Source: Candidatus Latescibacterota bacterium (GTDB taxonomy: Bacteria; Latescibacterota; UBA2968; UBA8231). Taken from it: a stretch of DNA of 64,000 nucleotides. A program made the position numbers and the translations under genes. The stretch is taken from the NCBI GenBank assembly GCA_036336855.1, contig JAYZFI010000052.1, positions 73,178 through 137,177 on the forward strand. Direction: 5' to 3'. The notes under the pieces were generated by a model that made no database searches, was not told the DNA's origin, and saw only the letters and a list, made by a program, of their open reading frames with translations. Shown here in pieces: positions 9,030 to 18,939 of this stretch; the first letter of the stretch is position 1, and every line of letters begins with the position of its first letter.

Positions 9030-10370
9030 ATGACACGCATCATACTCGGTATTTCTCTTGGCTTTGGTCTGCTCGCCGAGGCCGATGATCAAGCGGCTAC
9101 GGTGGACACAGTTATCGCCGTGCGTCGAGGGGAATCTCTGCTCGGTATTGCCGGTCACTTTCTGCCCCGCAGTGGAGTCTACACCCCCAGCGCTCTTGCC
9201 GATTGCATCCGAGCGATCAATGGCCTCGAGGGCACTCGGCTCATTGCCGGCCAGGAACTGCGAATTCCCCTGGCCGTTCCCGACAGCGACAGCTCGCCAC
9301 CGGGGCCGGGCCTGGATGCCTTCGACGATGTCCGCGGCCTCTACGCCACCGCCAGCGTTGCCGGCAGCCAGCGTATCATCTCCCTCGCTGAAGCTGTGCT
9401 CGCCGCTGGTGGCAACACCGTGGTCTTCGATATCAAGGATCGCCCCGGAGATATCAGCTACATCACCCGGATTCCTATGGCGCAGAGCGTGCAGGTCGAC
9501 TCCTTGGCGCCGATTCGCAATCCGCACAACCTGGTTCGACTTCTGCACCAGCGCGGCATTAACGTGGTGGCACGCATCAGCTGCTTCTACGACGAGCTGA
9601 TGTCGCGAGCTCATCCCGAACTGACACCGCGCGATCTGCAGGGCGGTGCCTGGGGGCGCGGTTGGCTCGACCCTTCTCTGCCGCGCGTGCAGAATTACCT
9701 GCTCGCCTTGGTGTCCGAGGTGGCCGGCCTGAGCGTCGACGAGATCCAGCTCGACTACGTGCGCTTTCCCACCGTCGACGACAGCGAGGTCGCCTTCGCC
9801 TTCGATCCCGACAGCACCGCCCGCCACGAGGTGATCACCGCCTTCGTCGAGCGTGTCGCCGAGAGACTGCGCGGCAGCGGCACTCTGCTGTCGGCAGATA
9901 TCTTCGGCGTTGCCGCCTGGGGACGGCCCCAGGACCTGGCCCGCATCGGCCAGTCGCTACCAGATTTGCTGCCGTTGCTCGACGTGGTGAGTCCCATGCT
10001 CTATCCCTCGCACTTCTACGGAAACTTCGAGGGCGTGGAGAATCCCGTGGAGTATCCGTACTACTTCGTCCACGAAGGCATCCGCCGTCTCAAGCCCCTG
10101 GCTGCCCGCTACGGCGTTGCGGTCCGGCCCTGGGTGCAGGCCTTTCCCTACCGGGTACCGGTCTTCGATGAGACTTACGTCACCGAGCAGTTGCAGGCAG
10201 CGACTGACGCCGGTGCCCACGGCTGGCTGCTTTGGCATCCGGCCAGCTCCTATCAGGTGGGACTGGAGGCGATGCTCAGGTGGCAGCGCCGCACCAACGA
10301 GCAGGTCCTGGATCGCGAGCCACCGTTGCTTAACGCCTACACTTCGCCTCCGGTCGGTTCCGACATGTGA
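9030..10370 (+). CDS. secreted LysM-domain protein fused to a putative glycoside-hydrolase-like TIM barrel (DUF4015-like)
   Basis: Start trimmed to MTRIILGISLGFGLLAEA (signal peptide). LysM-like VRRGESLLGIAGHF...IAGQELRIP. C-terminal part has ..NTVVFDIKDRPGDISY.. and ..EIQLDYVRFP.., as in GHL/DUF4015 proteins. Confidence 0.65.
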   Translation: MTRIILGISLGFGLLAEADDQAATVDTVIAVRRGESLLGIAGHFLPRSGVYTPSALADCIRAINGLEGTRLIAGQELRIPLAVPDSDSSPPGPGLDAFDDVRGLYATASVAGSQRIISLAEAVLAAGGNTVVFDIKDRPGDISYITRIPMAQSVQVDSLAPIRNPHNLVRLLHQRGINVVARISCFYDELMSRAHPELTPRDLQGGAWGRGWLDPSLPRVQNYLLALVSEVAGLSVDEIQLDYVRFPTVDDSEVAFAFDPDSTARHEVITAFVERVAERLRGSGTLLSADIFGVAAWGRPQDLARIGQSLPDLLPLLDVVSPMLYPSHFYGNFEGVENPVEYPYYFVHEGIRRLKPLAARYGVAVRPWVQAFPYRVPVFDETYVTEQLQAATDAGAHGWLLWHPASSYQVGLEAMLRWQRRTNEQVLDREPPLLNAYTSPPVGSDM

Positions 10371-10401
10371 CTCACTCAACATCGACCGCGTGGAACAGGA
10401 G

Positions 10402-10438
10402 ACGGGGACGGCCGCCAGGTGCAGCCATCCCCGTTTTC
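10402..10438 (+). terminator. rho-independent terminator after the LysM/GHL gene
   Basis: ACGGGGA-(19 nt)-TCCCCGT followed by TTTTC. It lies in the 91-bp convergent gap before the symporter stop. Confidence 0.55.
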
Positions 10439-10461
10439 GTGCTCGCGCCGCCAGTTGTACG

Positions 10462-11973
10462 CTATTTGTAGGGCTTGATGATTCCGCTCTGCAGTCGCTC
10501 CCAGTAGTCGTCGAGTACTTCGCGAATTTTCGGGCTCAGCAGCACCCCGCCGACGATGTTGGGGAAGGCCATGCCCAGAATCATCATGTCGGAGAATCCA
10601 AGCACGTTGTTCAGTGCCGTCACCGCTCCCAGGAAGACGAAGCCAACGAAGATGAGACGGTAGAGTAAGATAGTGCTACTTCCGAACAGGTATTCCCAGG
10701 CGCGCTCTCCGTAGTAGGACCAGGAAATCATCGTGGAGTAGGCGAACAGTATCACTGCTGCTGCCAGCACGTAGCGTGCACCCGGGACTACAGAGTCGAA
10801 GGCGGCTGCGGTCATGCGCGCGCCGACAATGAATTCGCCGGTCTGAAATTCGGGCAGCTGATAGGCGCCGGTGATCATGCAGACCAAGGCCGTCATCGTA
10901 CAGATGACGATGGTGTCGATGAAGGGACCGATCATGGCTACCATGCCCTCACGGGCCGGCTCGTCGGTCCTGGCGGCGGCGTGGGCGAAGGCCGCCGATC
11001 CCAGGCCGGCCTCGTTGGAGAACGCCGCTCGCCGAATGCCCATAACGAGCACGCCGGCAAAGCCGCCGTACATCGCTGGGCCCGTGAAGGCGTCGGATAT
11101 TATGCGGCCGATCATGGCCGGGACCTCGGTGATGTTGAGCAGGATGATGAGTAGAGAGCTTACCACGTAGAGCACACACATGAAGGGAACGATGCGTGAG
11201 GTGACCCGGCCTATACGACGGATACCGCCGATGATGACGAGACCGACGAAGAAGGCCATGATCAGACCTACGATCCAGTTGTAACTCTTGAACCACGGCG
11301 ACACCGTGCTCAGGATCTCCAGGGTTTGGTTGGCCTGGAACATGTTGCCGCCGCCCAGCGATCCGCCGATGGTGAGGAAGGCGAAGATCACCGCTAGGGT
11401 GCGGCCGAACTCCGCCTTGCCGATGCCCGCCAGACCCTCCTCTAAGTAGTACATGGGTCCGCCCGAGACCCGGCCGTCGGAGTGCACCCGCCGGTACATC
11501 ACCGCCAGGGTGCAGGAAGCCAGCTTCGATGACATGCCGAACACGGCGGTGACGATCATCCAGAACACGGCACCCGGACCGCCCAGGCTCACGGCGATGG
11601 CGACACCAGCGATGTTGCCGAGGCCGATGGTTGCCGACAGTGCCGAAGATAGAGCCTGAAAGTGACTGATCTCGCCCGGATCGTCGGGAGAGTCATAGCG
11701 CCCGCGGATGATGTCGATGCTGTGCTTGAAGCCGCGGAAGGATAGCCAGCGGAAGTAGAGGCTGTAGTAGACGCCACCGAACAGCAGGATGACGACGATG
11801 AGGGGGAAACCGGTGCCGAAGTCGGCGAAAAGAAAGGCCTCCAGCAAGGCGACAGTGTCCCCGAACAAGCTGTCCAGAGCAGTGAGCCTCTGCTGGATGT
11901 AGGAATTGTTGACGCCTTCCTCCGCGGCCGCCGGCAGGGCGGCGAGCACGGTCGCAACGGCGATTCCCTTCAT
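10462..11973 (-). CDS. alanine/glycine:cation (sodium) symporter, AGCS family
   Basis: Polytopic membrane protein with ..HFQALSSALSATIGLGNIAGVAIAVSLGGPGAVFWM.., typical of AGCS. Start trimmed to MKGIAVATVL (ATG 11973); the 105-codon upstream extension in the track overlaps the receptor gene and looks non-coding. Confidence 0.85.
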   Translation of the reverse strand: MKGIAVATVLAALPAAAEEGVNNSYIQQRLTALDSLFGDTVALLEAFLFADFGTGFPLIVVILLFGGVYYSLYFRWLSFRGFKHSIDIIRGRYDSPDDPGEISHFQALSSALSATIGLGNIAGVAIAVSLGGPGAVFWMIVTAVFGMSSKLASCTLAVMYRRVHSDGRVSGGPMYYLEEGLAGIGKAEFGRTLAVIFAFLTIGGSLGGGNMFQANQTLEILSTVSPWFKSYNWIVGLIMAFFVGLVIIGGIRRIGRVTSRIVPFMCVLYVVSSLLIILLNITEVPAMIGRIISDAFTGPAMYGGFAGVLVMGIRRAAFSNEAGLGSAAFAHAAARTDEPAREGMVAMIGPFIDTIVICTMTALVCMITGAYQLPEFQTGEFIVGARMTAAAFDSVVPGARYVLAAAVILFAYSTMISWSYYGERAWEYLFGSSTILLYRLIFVGFVFLGAVTALNNVLGFSDMMILGMAFPNIVGGVLLSPKIREVLDDYWERLQSGIIKPYK

Positions 11974-12092
11974 GACGGGTGTCGTCCTCGGTCGAGAAGT
12001 AACGGTGGGAACAGCAGGGGAGGATGCATGACGCAAGTATAGAATCGTCCTTCCCGATCCAACAACCGCCACCGTCCGAGGATTCGACGGGC

Positions 12093-13988
12093 CTATAGGT
12101 CGATGCGCGCTTCCACGGTGAACCAGCGTCCCGGCATACGCGCGCCAGCCACCGACTCGTACTCCTTGTCGGTGAGGTTGCGCACCCGGCCGATGAGACG
12201 GCCGTAGCCAGTGGACCGACTCACCATGACGTCCACCACCGAAAAGTCCTCGAGGGGTGCTGTGCGGGCCCGCGTGACCATCTGCCATCTACCCTCGAGC
12301 TGAAAAGGCAAATCGTGATCGACGGCGGCAGTCAACTGCTGAGTGGGATTGGTGAAGACGTACTTGGACTCCAGCCCCGGCGACAACGTTTGCTCTTTGT
12401 CGATCCACGTGTAGGCCGCCTGAAAACCTGCATACCGCCAGCGCCGCTGCGTTTGCAAGCGGGCGCCTACGGTTTCCATCTCGCCGAGATTGCGCGCCTG
12501 CCAGGGATCGGGCGACGCCTCCGGGTCTAGGTTTCGGGTGCGGATGTAGTCGACGAGGTTATTCTCTCGGCGCAGGAACAGGGCTCCGAGTGTGCGGACT
12601 CCCGCCAAGGCCTGGGTTTCGGCACCGGCTTCGTAGTGCCAGCCGCGCTCGGCCTCGAGGTCGGGGTTCCCGATGTTGCGAGGATCTCTGTAGTAGAACT
12701 CGGTAAAGGAGGGCGCGCGGTAGGCGCGGGCAGCGGTGGCGTATACCCGTCCCCACTTCTGCCAGCGCGCCAATCCAATCGACGGTGATGCCTCCCAGCC
12801 CGCGCCCTCGTGGTGATCAGTGCGCAGTCCCGCCGACAGATTCCAGGCGCCGCGTCGCAATCCGTACTCGGTGAACAGGCCGAAGCGCACCCGAGAGTGA
12901 TCTCCGAGGTTGCTGCTGTCGATGGTCTCCCGGCCGCCCTCGGCACCGGCCACCACCCGGCCGCCGGCCAGCGGCATGCCCCCGTACACCTCAACGGTTC
13001 CGAGGTGACTACGATGGCGGTTCTGGTAGCGGTCGGGATCCTCGGCGACGAGGACGAAGCGGTCCCGGTGCCGCCGCAGGGCGGCGTGGAGCGACAGGGT
13101 GCGCTCGCCGGTGCGGCGTTGGAAGGCAGTGCTGTAGAGGTAAACCCGGGTCCATTCGCGCGAGGGGAAGGGGGCGTAGAAGTCGGCGGCGCCGAAGGCC
13201 TTATCCTGCACACCGGCGTTGACAGTGAGACGGCCACCGGCAACGGGCAAACGAGTCCGAAGATTGAGGCGGTCTTCATCGTAGTCGGTGCCGTCACGAT
13301 AGCCGTCGGAGCGCCTCTTGCCGGCGCTGAGGGACAGCTCGCCCCATCTGCCAGTCCAGCCCTGGCGCAGAGCGAAGTCGCCAAATGGAACACCGAACAA
13401 CGATCTTCCACCGTCCAGCGAACGACCCCAGTGTGGGGCGATGTCCAGTCGTCCCGGTGCCTGCGCGCGTGGTACCAAGTTGACCACAGCACCGAAGGCG
13501 TCGGGTCCGTGCACGGACGAACCCGCTCCGTAAAGTATCTCTACCCGCTCGAGATCGCTTGGAGCCAGGGGTAGGTTGAGGGTGTGATGATCGGTCTGCG
13601 GATCGTTGACACGAATACCGTCGACTAGCACCAGAACTTGGTTGAAGGTGGCTCCGTCGACCTCGAGGTCGCCCTGCACTCCTAGCGGGCCGCGGGTGCG
13701 CACATCGACACCGGGTAGTGTGCTCAACAGCTCCGAAAGATCGGCGGCGGCACGGCGCTGCAGCTCATCTGCCTCGATGACGACGACGTGGCGAGTAGCA
13801 GCTGCCATGCCTTCTTCGGCGAGTCGGGAGGCGCTCACGTACATCACCGGCAGTTCGTACCGCTGGGACGACGGCGACTCTTCGGCAACCGCGGATGACA
13901 CCGGTTGCAGGGCTCCGAGCAGGAACCCACAATACAGGGTGATTCGCAGTCCGTTCACGATCTCAGCTGATAATACTGATAATATCAT
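12093..13988 (-). CDS. TonB-dependent outer-membrane receptor (BtuB/siderophore-receptor size class)
   Basis: Signal peptide, plug-domain motifs (..VSASRLAEE.., ..LPGVDVRTRGPLGVQGDLEVDGATFNQVLVLVDGIRVNDP..) and a long Tyr/Gly/Arg-rich beta-barrel region. GTG 13958 (VNGLRITLYCGFLLGALQPVSSAVA-EE) gives a more canonical signal peptide than ATG 13988. Confidence 0.85.
   Translation of the reverse strand: MILSVLSAEIVNGLRITLYCGFLLGALQPVSSAVAEESPSSQRYELPVMYVSASRLAEEGMAAATRHVVVIEADELQRRAAADLSELLSTLPGVDVRTRGPLGVQGDLEVDGATFNQVLVLVDGIRVNDPQTDHHTLNLPLAPSDLERVEILYGAGSSVHGPDAFGAVVNLVPRAQAPGRLDIAPHWGRSLDGGRSLFGVPFGDFALRQGWTGRWGELSLSAGKRRSDGYRDGTDYDEDRLNLRTRLPVAGGRLTVNAGVQDKAFGAADFYAPFPSREWTRVYLYSTAFQRRTGERTLSLHAALRRHRDRFVLVAEDPDRYQNRHRSHLGTVEVYGGMPLAGGRVVAGAEGGRETIDSSNLGDHSRVRFGLFTEYGLRRGAWNLSAGLRTDHHEGAGWEASPSIGLARWQKWGRVYATAARAYRAPSFTEFYYRDPRNIGNPDLEAERGWHYEAGAETQALAGVRTLGALFLRRENNLVDYIRTRNLDPEASPDPWQARNLGEMETVGARLQTQRRWRYAGFQAAYTWIDKEQTLSPGLESKYVFTNPTQQLTAAVDHDLPFQLEGRWQMVTRARTAPLEDFSVVDVMVSRSTGYGRLIGRVRNLTDKEYESVAGARMPGRWFTVEARIDL
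13968..13988. promoter_or_regulatory. Fur-box-like GATAAT hexamer repeats at the 5' end of the receptor gene
   Basis: The plus strand reads GATAATACTGATAATATCAT: two GATAAT hexamers plus ATCAT, an AT island in GC-rich DNA. It lies just upstream of the alternative GTG start 13958. Confidence 0.35.
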
Positions 13989-14313
13989 GGAATGGGGTTA
14001 CACTAGGGTCACCCTCCAACGGACACCAGTCTGGTCGATCTCCTTCACCGAAAACCGGCCAGTCCTTACTCCCCAAAGGCAAACGCCAATTGCTTCGATG
14101 TAGCAGCCACTTAGGTCACCTTGACAGTCCAGAAAAACGGCCTTAACCTAAAACGGCTGCAAAAGATAGGGGCCTCCGGTGCAGCTCTGCGCCGGTCACA
14201 GGGCAGCAGTGTCCCACCGCGGTGCGCGGTTCGGTCGCCAACTAGTTGGGTTCCCGCTTGACCACCGTCACGCTCCGTAGTAATCCACTCGAGGTGAACG
14301 AGGCATCATAAGG

Positions 14314-15672
14314 ATGGGTGAGAGGCGGTCTTTCACGATCAAGAAGGGCCTTGACCTTCCCATAACCGGTGAAACCGAGCAGGTGATCGAGGACTCGCGA
14401 TCGGTATCGCGTGTCGCCGCCATCGGCATCGATTTCCACGGCCTACGGCCGACCATGCACGTGTCCGAAGGCGACAGTGTGCTCACGGGTCAGCTCCTAT
14501 TCGAGGACAAGCGCCGCCCGGGGGTCAAGTTTACCGCGCCCGGCGCTGGAAAAGTTAGTCACATCCACCGGGGCGAGAAGAGAATCCTGCTTTCCGTCAT
14601 CATCGACTTGGACGGCGAGGGTGCCGAGAGCTTCGACAACGGCGGCAAGCGGCCCGAAGATCTCGGTCGGGAAGCTGTGCGCGACATCTTGGTGAACTCC
14701 GGGTTGTGGACGGCACTGCGCACGCGCCCTTTCGGGAAGGTGCCGCTACCTGAGACGGTACCGAGCTCAATCTTTGCCACCGCCATAGACACGAATCCGC
14801 TGGCTCCGGATCCGGCCGTCGTGCTCAACAACAACGAGAGCGCTTTCGAGAACGGCTTGGCTGCACTTGGTCAGCTCACCGACGGTTCCGTCTATCTCTG
14901 CAGGGCGCCTGGCTCGGCGATTCCCGACGGCGGCAACCGGGCCAACATCACCATCGCTGAGTTCGCCGGGCCCCATCCCGCCGGACTGGCCGGCACCCAT
15001 GTCCATTTCCTGGATCCTGTTGGGCTGCAGAAGACGGTGTTCACGATCGGCTACCAGGATGTCGTCTCCGTCGGCAAGCTGTTCAGTGACGGTAACCTAT
15101 ATACCACGCGTGTGATCAGCATCGCCGGCCCGGCGGCGAACCGACCTCGGTTGTTGCGCACCCGGCTCGGCGCTAGCGTCACCGAGCTCTCTGAAGGCGA
15201 GGCAAGAGAGGGGGAGGTGCGAATGGTCGCTGGCTCCCTGTTGTCCGGCCGCACTGCCGTCGAGCCCGTTGACTTCCTCGGTCGTTGGCACAACCAGATC
15301 TCGCTGCTCCAGGAGGGCCGGCGGCGCGAGTTCCTCGGCTGGCAGATGCCAGGCGCGGACAAGTTCTCCGTCAAGAACGTCTTCACCTCGTCGCTGGCGC
15401 CGGGCAAGCGCTTCGATTTCACCACGTCTACTGAGGGAAGCGTGCGCGCCATGGTGCCAGTGGGCTCTTTCGAGTCAGTGATGCCCCTTGACATTCTGCC
15501 CACCTTCTTGCTGCGCTCCCTGATCACCCGTGACGCCGAACGCTCCATGGCTCTGGGGTGCCTCGAACTCGAAGAGGAAGATCTCGGGCTCTGCACCTTC
15601 GTGTGTCCTGGCAAGACCGAGTACGGACCTCTCCTGCGTCAGAATCTCGATATCATCGAACGGGAATTCTAG
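14314..15672 (+). CDS. nqrA: Na+-translocating NADH:quinone oxidoreductase subunit A
   Basis: N-terminus ..[14 protein letters not shown].. is typical of NqrA. About 450 aa; first gene of a six-gene nqr block. Confidence 0.92.
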   Translation: MGERRSFTIKKGLDLPITGETEQVIEDSRSVSRVAAIGIDFHGLRPTMHVSEGDSVLTGQLLFEDKRRPGVKFTAPGAGKVSHIHRGEKRILLSVIIDLDGEGAESFDNGGKRPEDLGREAVRDILVNSGLWTALRTRPFGKVPLPETVPSSIFATAIDTNPLAPDPAVVLNNNESAFENGLAALGQLTDGSVYLCRAPGSAIPDGGNRANITIAEFAGPHPAGLAGTHVHFLDPVGLQKTVFTIGYQDVVSVGKLFSDGNLYTTRVISIAGPAANRPRLLRTRLGASVTELSEGEAREGEVRMVAGSLLSGRTAVEPVDFLGRWHNQISLLQEGRRREFLGWQMPGADKFSVKNVFTSSLAPGKRFDFTTSTEGSVRAMVPVGSFESVMPLDILPTFLLRSLITRDAERSMALGCLELEEEDLGLCTFVCPGKTEYGPLLRQNLDIIEREF

Positions 15673-16893
15673 ATGAACGCACTGAGAGAACTGCTCGACA
15701 GTGTCCACCCCCACTTTGCCCGCGGTGGCAGGCTTGAGAGCCTGTACCCGGCGTACGAGATGGCCGACACCTTTCTGTTCACGCCCGGCGAAGTCACCAA
15801 GGGCGCCTCGCACGTGCGCGACAGTCTCGATCTAAAGCGCATGATGGTCACTGTCGTCGTTGCGCTAGTGCCCTGCATCCTCATGGCGATGTGGAACACC
15901 GGCTACCAGGCCAACCTGGCGATGCGGGAGCTGGGGATGACCTCTGCCGAGGGCTGGCGAGGGGTCATCATCGACATCTTCGAGATCGGTTACGATCCAT
16001 CGAGCCTGCTGGCCAATGTGGTACACGGCGCGCTCTACTTCCTGCCCGTGTTCCTCGTATGCAATATGGTGGGCGGTTTCTGGGAAGCGATGTTCTCCAT
16101 CATCCGCCGGCATGAGATCAATGAGGGCTTCCTGGTCACTGGCATGCTATTCCCGCTGACTCTGCCGCCGACCATTCCGCTCTGGCAGGTTGCCATCGGC
16201 ATCAGCTTCGGAGTCGTCATCGGCAAGGAGATTTTCGGCGGCACCGGAAAGAACTTTCTCAATCCTGCCCTCACCGCCCGCTGCTTCCTCTATTTCGCCT
16301 ATCCGGCCGAGATCAGCGGTGACAAGGTCTGGGTCGCCGTCGATGGTTACAGCTCTGCCACCCCCCTCGGTCTGGTGCCGGCAGAAGGCATGGCGGCGAT
16401 GACCTCGACGGTATTCTACTGGGATGCCTTCATCGGCACGATTCCCGGCAGCATGGGCGAGACCTCGACCCTTGCCTGCCTCATCGGCGCCGCCATTCTC
16501 ATCGCCACCAAGATCGGCTCTTGGCGGATCATGGCGAGCATGACCCTGAGCACGGTGGTGCTGGGGTTGCTGCTGAACCAGGTGCAGAGCGACACCAATT
16601 ATATGTTCGGTATGGATGCGCTGTGGCAGCTGTTGTTAGGAGGCTACGCCTTCGGCTGCGTGTTCATGGCCACCGACCCGGTATCGGCGGCTTTCACCAA
16701 CCCGGGCAAGTGGCTCTACGGCTCTCTCATCGGGGTGATGACCGTCCTCATCCGCGTCGTCAATCCCGCCTTCCCGGAGGGGGTCATGCTCGCTATTCTG
16801 TTCGGCAACGTCTTCGCACCGGTACTCGACTACGCCTTCGTGCAGGCCAACATCCGCCGCCGCGAACTGCGCACCGCGCCGGCTGCTTCGTAG
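15673..16893 (+). CDS. nqrB: Na+-NQR subunit B
   Basis: Polytopic membrane protein starting 1 nt after the nqrA stop. Flavinylation-type motif [11 protein letters not shown] and FMATDPVS, as in the NqrB/RnfD family. Confidence 0.92.
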   Translation: MNALRELLDSVHPHFARGGRLESLYPAYEMADTFLFTPGEVTKGASHVRDSLDLKRMMVTVVVALVPCILMAMWNTGYQANLAMRELGMTSAEGWRGVIIDIFEIGYDPSSLLANVVHGALYFLPVFLVCNMVGGFWEAMFSIIRRHEINEGFLVTGMLFPLTLPPTIPLWQVAIGISFGVVIGKEIFGGTGKNFLNPALTARCFLYFAYPAEISGDKVWVAVDGYSSATPLGLVPAEGMAAMTSTVFYWDAFIGTIPGSMGETSTLACLIGAAILIATKIGSWRIMASMTLSTVVLGLLLNQVQSDTNYMFGMDALWQLLLGGYAFGCVFMATDPVSAAFTNPGKWLYGSLIGVMTVLIRVVNPAFPEGVMLAILFGNVFAPVLDYAFVQANIRRRELRTAPAAS

Positions 16894-16905
16894 TAGAGGG
16901 TAGAC

Positions 16906-17682
16906 ATGGCCAGAGATACGATCAGGAAGACTTTCACGGTCGCCTTCGCACTGTGTGTAGTCTGCTCGGTGCTGGTGTCGGCGGCAGCGGTCTCTCTGCG
17001 ACCGGCTCAGGAGACCAACAAACTTCTGGACAAGAAGAAGAACATCCTCACTGCCGCGGGACTGCTCGGCAGCGAAGGCGGCGACATCGAGGCCCTGTTC
17101 GGGCAGGTCGAGGCGCGCATGATCGACATCGATTCTGGGAAATACCTCGACGGCGATCCCGGGCAGTTCGATCTCAAGAAGGCAAGTCGCGACCCCGTTC
17201 TCAGTGTCGCTGTTGCGGACGATCGCGGCGCCGGAATCAAGCGCCGCTCGCGGCAGATGCCCGTCTATCTGGTGAAGAAGGCGAGCGGCAAGGTCGACAA
17301 GGTAATCCTGCCGGTGTTCGGCATGGGGCTGTGGTCGACGCTGTGGGGCTTCATCTCCCTCGACCGCGACGATCTCAATACCATCAGGGGGCTGGTGTTC
17401 TACGAGCACGGCGAGACTCCAGGTCTGGGGGGCGAAGTTGACAATCCCGCCTGGAAGGCGCTGTGGAAAGGGAAGCAGGCTTTCGGGCTCGACGGCGACG
17501 TGCAGATTTCCGTGGTGCGTGGCAGGGTAGATCCGGCCGCAGAGGGGTCGGAATACCAGGTCGACGGGCTCTCCGGCGCCACCATCACTTCCCGTGGTGT
17601 GCAAAACATGCTCCGCTACTGGCTCAGCGATAACGCTTATGGAGCCTATCTCAACAGCCTGAGGCAAGAAGGAGCCGCGTGA
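16906..17682 (+). CDS. nqrC: Na+-NQR subunit C
   Basis: Single N-terminal TM segment. FMN-attachment motif VDGLSGATITSRGV and ..YEHGETPGLGGEV.., typical of NqrC. Confidence 0.92.
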   Translation: MARDTIRKTFTVAFALCVVCSVLVSAAAVSLRPAQETNKLLDKKKNILTAAGLLGSEGGDIEALFGQVEARMIDIDSGKYLDGDPGQFDLKKASRDPVLSVAVADDRGAGIKRRSRQMPVYLVKKASGKVDKVILPVFGMGLWSTLWGFISLDRDDLNTIRGLVFYEHGETPGLGGEVDNPAWKALWKGKQAFGLDGDVQISVVRGRVDPAAEGSEYQVDGLSGATITSRGVQNMLRYWLSDNAYGAYLNSLRQEGAA

Positions 17683-17685
17683 GTC

Positions 17686-18309
17686 ATGGGTAAGGCACGT
17701 GACACCCTCTTAGCTCCGGTCTTCGATGAGAACCCCATCGCTCTACAGATCCTCGGGATCTGCTCGGCGCTGGCGGTGACGAGCAAACTGGAGACGGCAG
17801 TCACCATGTGTCTGGCCGTCATCTTTGTGCTCGTGTGCTCCAACGGAGCCGTGAGTCTGATTCGCTCACATATCCCCACCAATATCCGCATCATCGTACA
17901 GATGACGATCATCGCCTCTTTGGTGATCGTCGTCGACCAGTTTCTGCGGGCCTACGCTTTCGACATTAGCAAGCAGCTATCGGTATTCGTGGGGCTGATC
18001 ATCACGAACTGCATCGTGATGGGCCGCGCCGAAGCCTTCGCCATGAAGGAAGGCGTGGGCATGAGCATGCTCGACGGTCTTGGCAACGCTCTTGGCTACA
18101 GCGTGATCCTGTTGGTTGTCGGCGTGTTGCGCGAGCTCTTCGGTTCGGGCAAGCTATTCGGCGTAGAGATCTTCGCGCTGGCTACTGAAGGTGGCTGGTA
18201 CGTGCCCAACGGCCTCATGCTGTTGCCGCCGTCTGCGTTCTTCATCATCGGCGGCTTCATCTGGGTGTTGCGCTCGTTCAAAACCGAGCAGATCGAAGAG
18301 GGCGGCTGA
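17686..18309 (+). CDS. nqrD: Na+-NQR subunit D
   Basis: NqrD/RnfE-type membrane protein (..[17 protein letters not shown].., ..[17 protein letters not shown]..). Confidence 0.9.
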   Translation: MGKARDTLLAPVFDENPIALQILGICSALAVTSKLETAVTMCLAVIFVLVCSNGAVSLIRSHIPTNIRIIVQMTIIASLVIVVDQFLRAYAFDISKQLSVFVGLIITNCIVMGRAEAFAMKEGVGMSMLDGLGNALGYSVILLVVGVLRELFGSGKLFGVEIFALATEGGWYVPNGLMLLPPSAFFIIGGFIWVLRSFKTEQIEEGG

Positions 18310-18917
18310 TGGAAGCCTATCTCAACCTCTTTGTGAAGGCGGTGTTCGTCGAGAACATCGCCCTCGCCTTCTTCCTTGGTATGTGCACCTTCCTGGCGGT
18401 CTCCAAGACGGTGACCACCGCCTTCGGTCTCGGCGTTGCCGTGGTCGTCGTGCAAACCATCACGGTGCCGCTGAACAACCTCGTGTACCGCCATTTGCTC
18501 CGGGAAGAGGCACTTGGCTCCATCGGCCTGGGCGGCGTCGATCTCACCTTTGTTGGCCTGATCAGCTACATCGGCGTGATCGCCGCCAGCGTGCAGATCC
18601 TGGAGATGTTCCTAGACAAGTACGTGCCCGCCCTCTACAATGCCCTCGGGATCTTTTTGCCGCTGATCACCGTGAACTGCGCCATCCTTGGCGGCTCTCT
18701 GTTCATGGTGGAGCGCGACTACGGCTTTGGCGAAAGTGTCGTCTTCGGCCTGGGCTCCGGTATTGGGTGGGGGTTGGCTCTCGTCGCCCTCGCCGGCATT
18801 CGCGAGAAGATGCGCTACAGCGATGTTCCCCCCGGCCTGCGCGGCCTGGGCATCACCTTCATGACAGTGGGCCTTATGGCCATGGCGTTCATGGCTTTCT
18901 CCGGCATTCAGCTCTAA
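18309..18917 (+). CDS. nqrE: Na+-NQR subunit E
   Basis: NqrE/RnfA-type membrane protein (..[18 protein letters not shown].., ..[15 protein letters not shown]..). The ATG overlaps the nqrD stop. Confidence 0.9.
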   Translation: MEAYLNLFVKAVFVENIALAFFLGMCTFLAVSKTVTTAFGLGVAVVVVQTITVPLNNLVYRHLLREEALGSIGLGGVDLTFVGLISYIGVIAASVQILEMFLDKYVPALYNALGIFLPLITVNCAILGGSLFMVERDYGFGESVVFGLGSGIGWGLALVALAGIREKMRYSDVPPGLRGLGITFMTVGLMAMAFMAFSGIQL

Positions 18918-18939
18918 GGCGCTCTAAGGCATTGTTGAA

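Noticed and set aside
10462-12288. Track ORFs with long N-terminal extensions taken at face value: the 608-aa symporter overlapping the receptor gene, atpD from 26214, rfbC frame from 31714, PRTase-like from 32553, ComD/ComE-like from 48542/48004, LarA-like from 47408, GHMP from 53190.
   Set aside because: The extensions are Arg/Pro/Ser-rich and overlap neighbouring genes. Internal starts give canonical N-termini, signal peptides or start/stop overlaps, so the starts were trimmed.
13989-14313. Cobalamin riboswitch in the 5' leader of the BtuB-sized TonB-dependent receptor.
   Set aside because: The minus strand has GGTGGTCAAGCGGGAA and a CCGGAGGCCCC stretch that loosely recall the AAxxGGGAA element and the B12 box. 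However, the conserved GGUGxxAAxUCC loop is replaced by a 2-nt-loop hairpin (CCAAC-TA-GTTGG), and the B12-box match is poor. Only an Rfam cmscan (RF00174) could rescue it.
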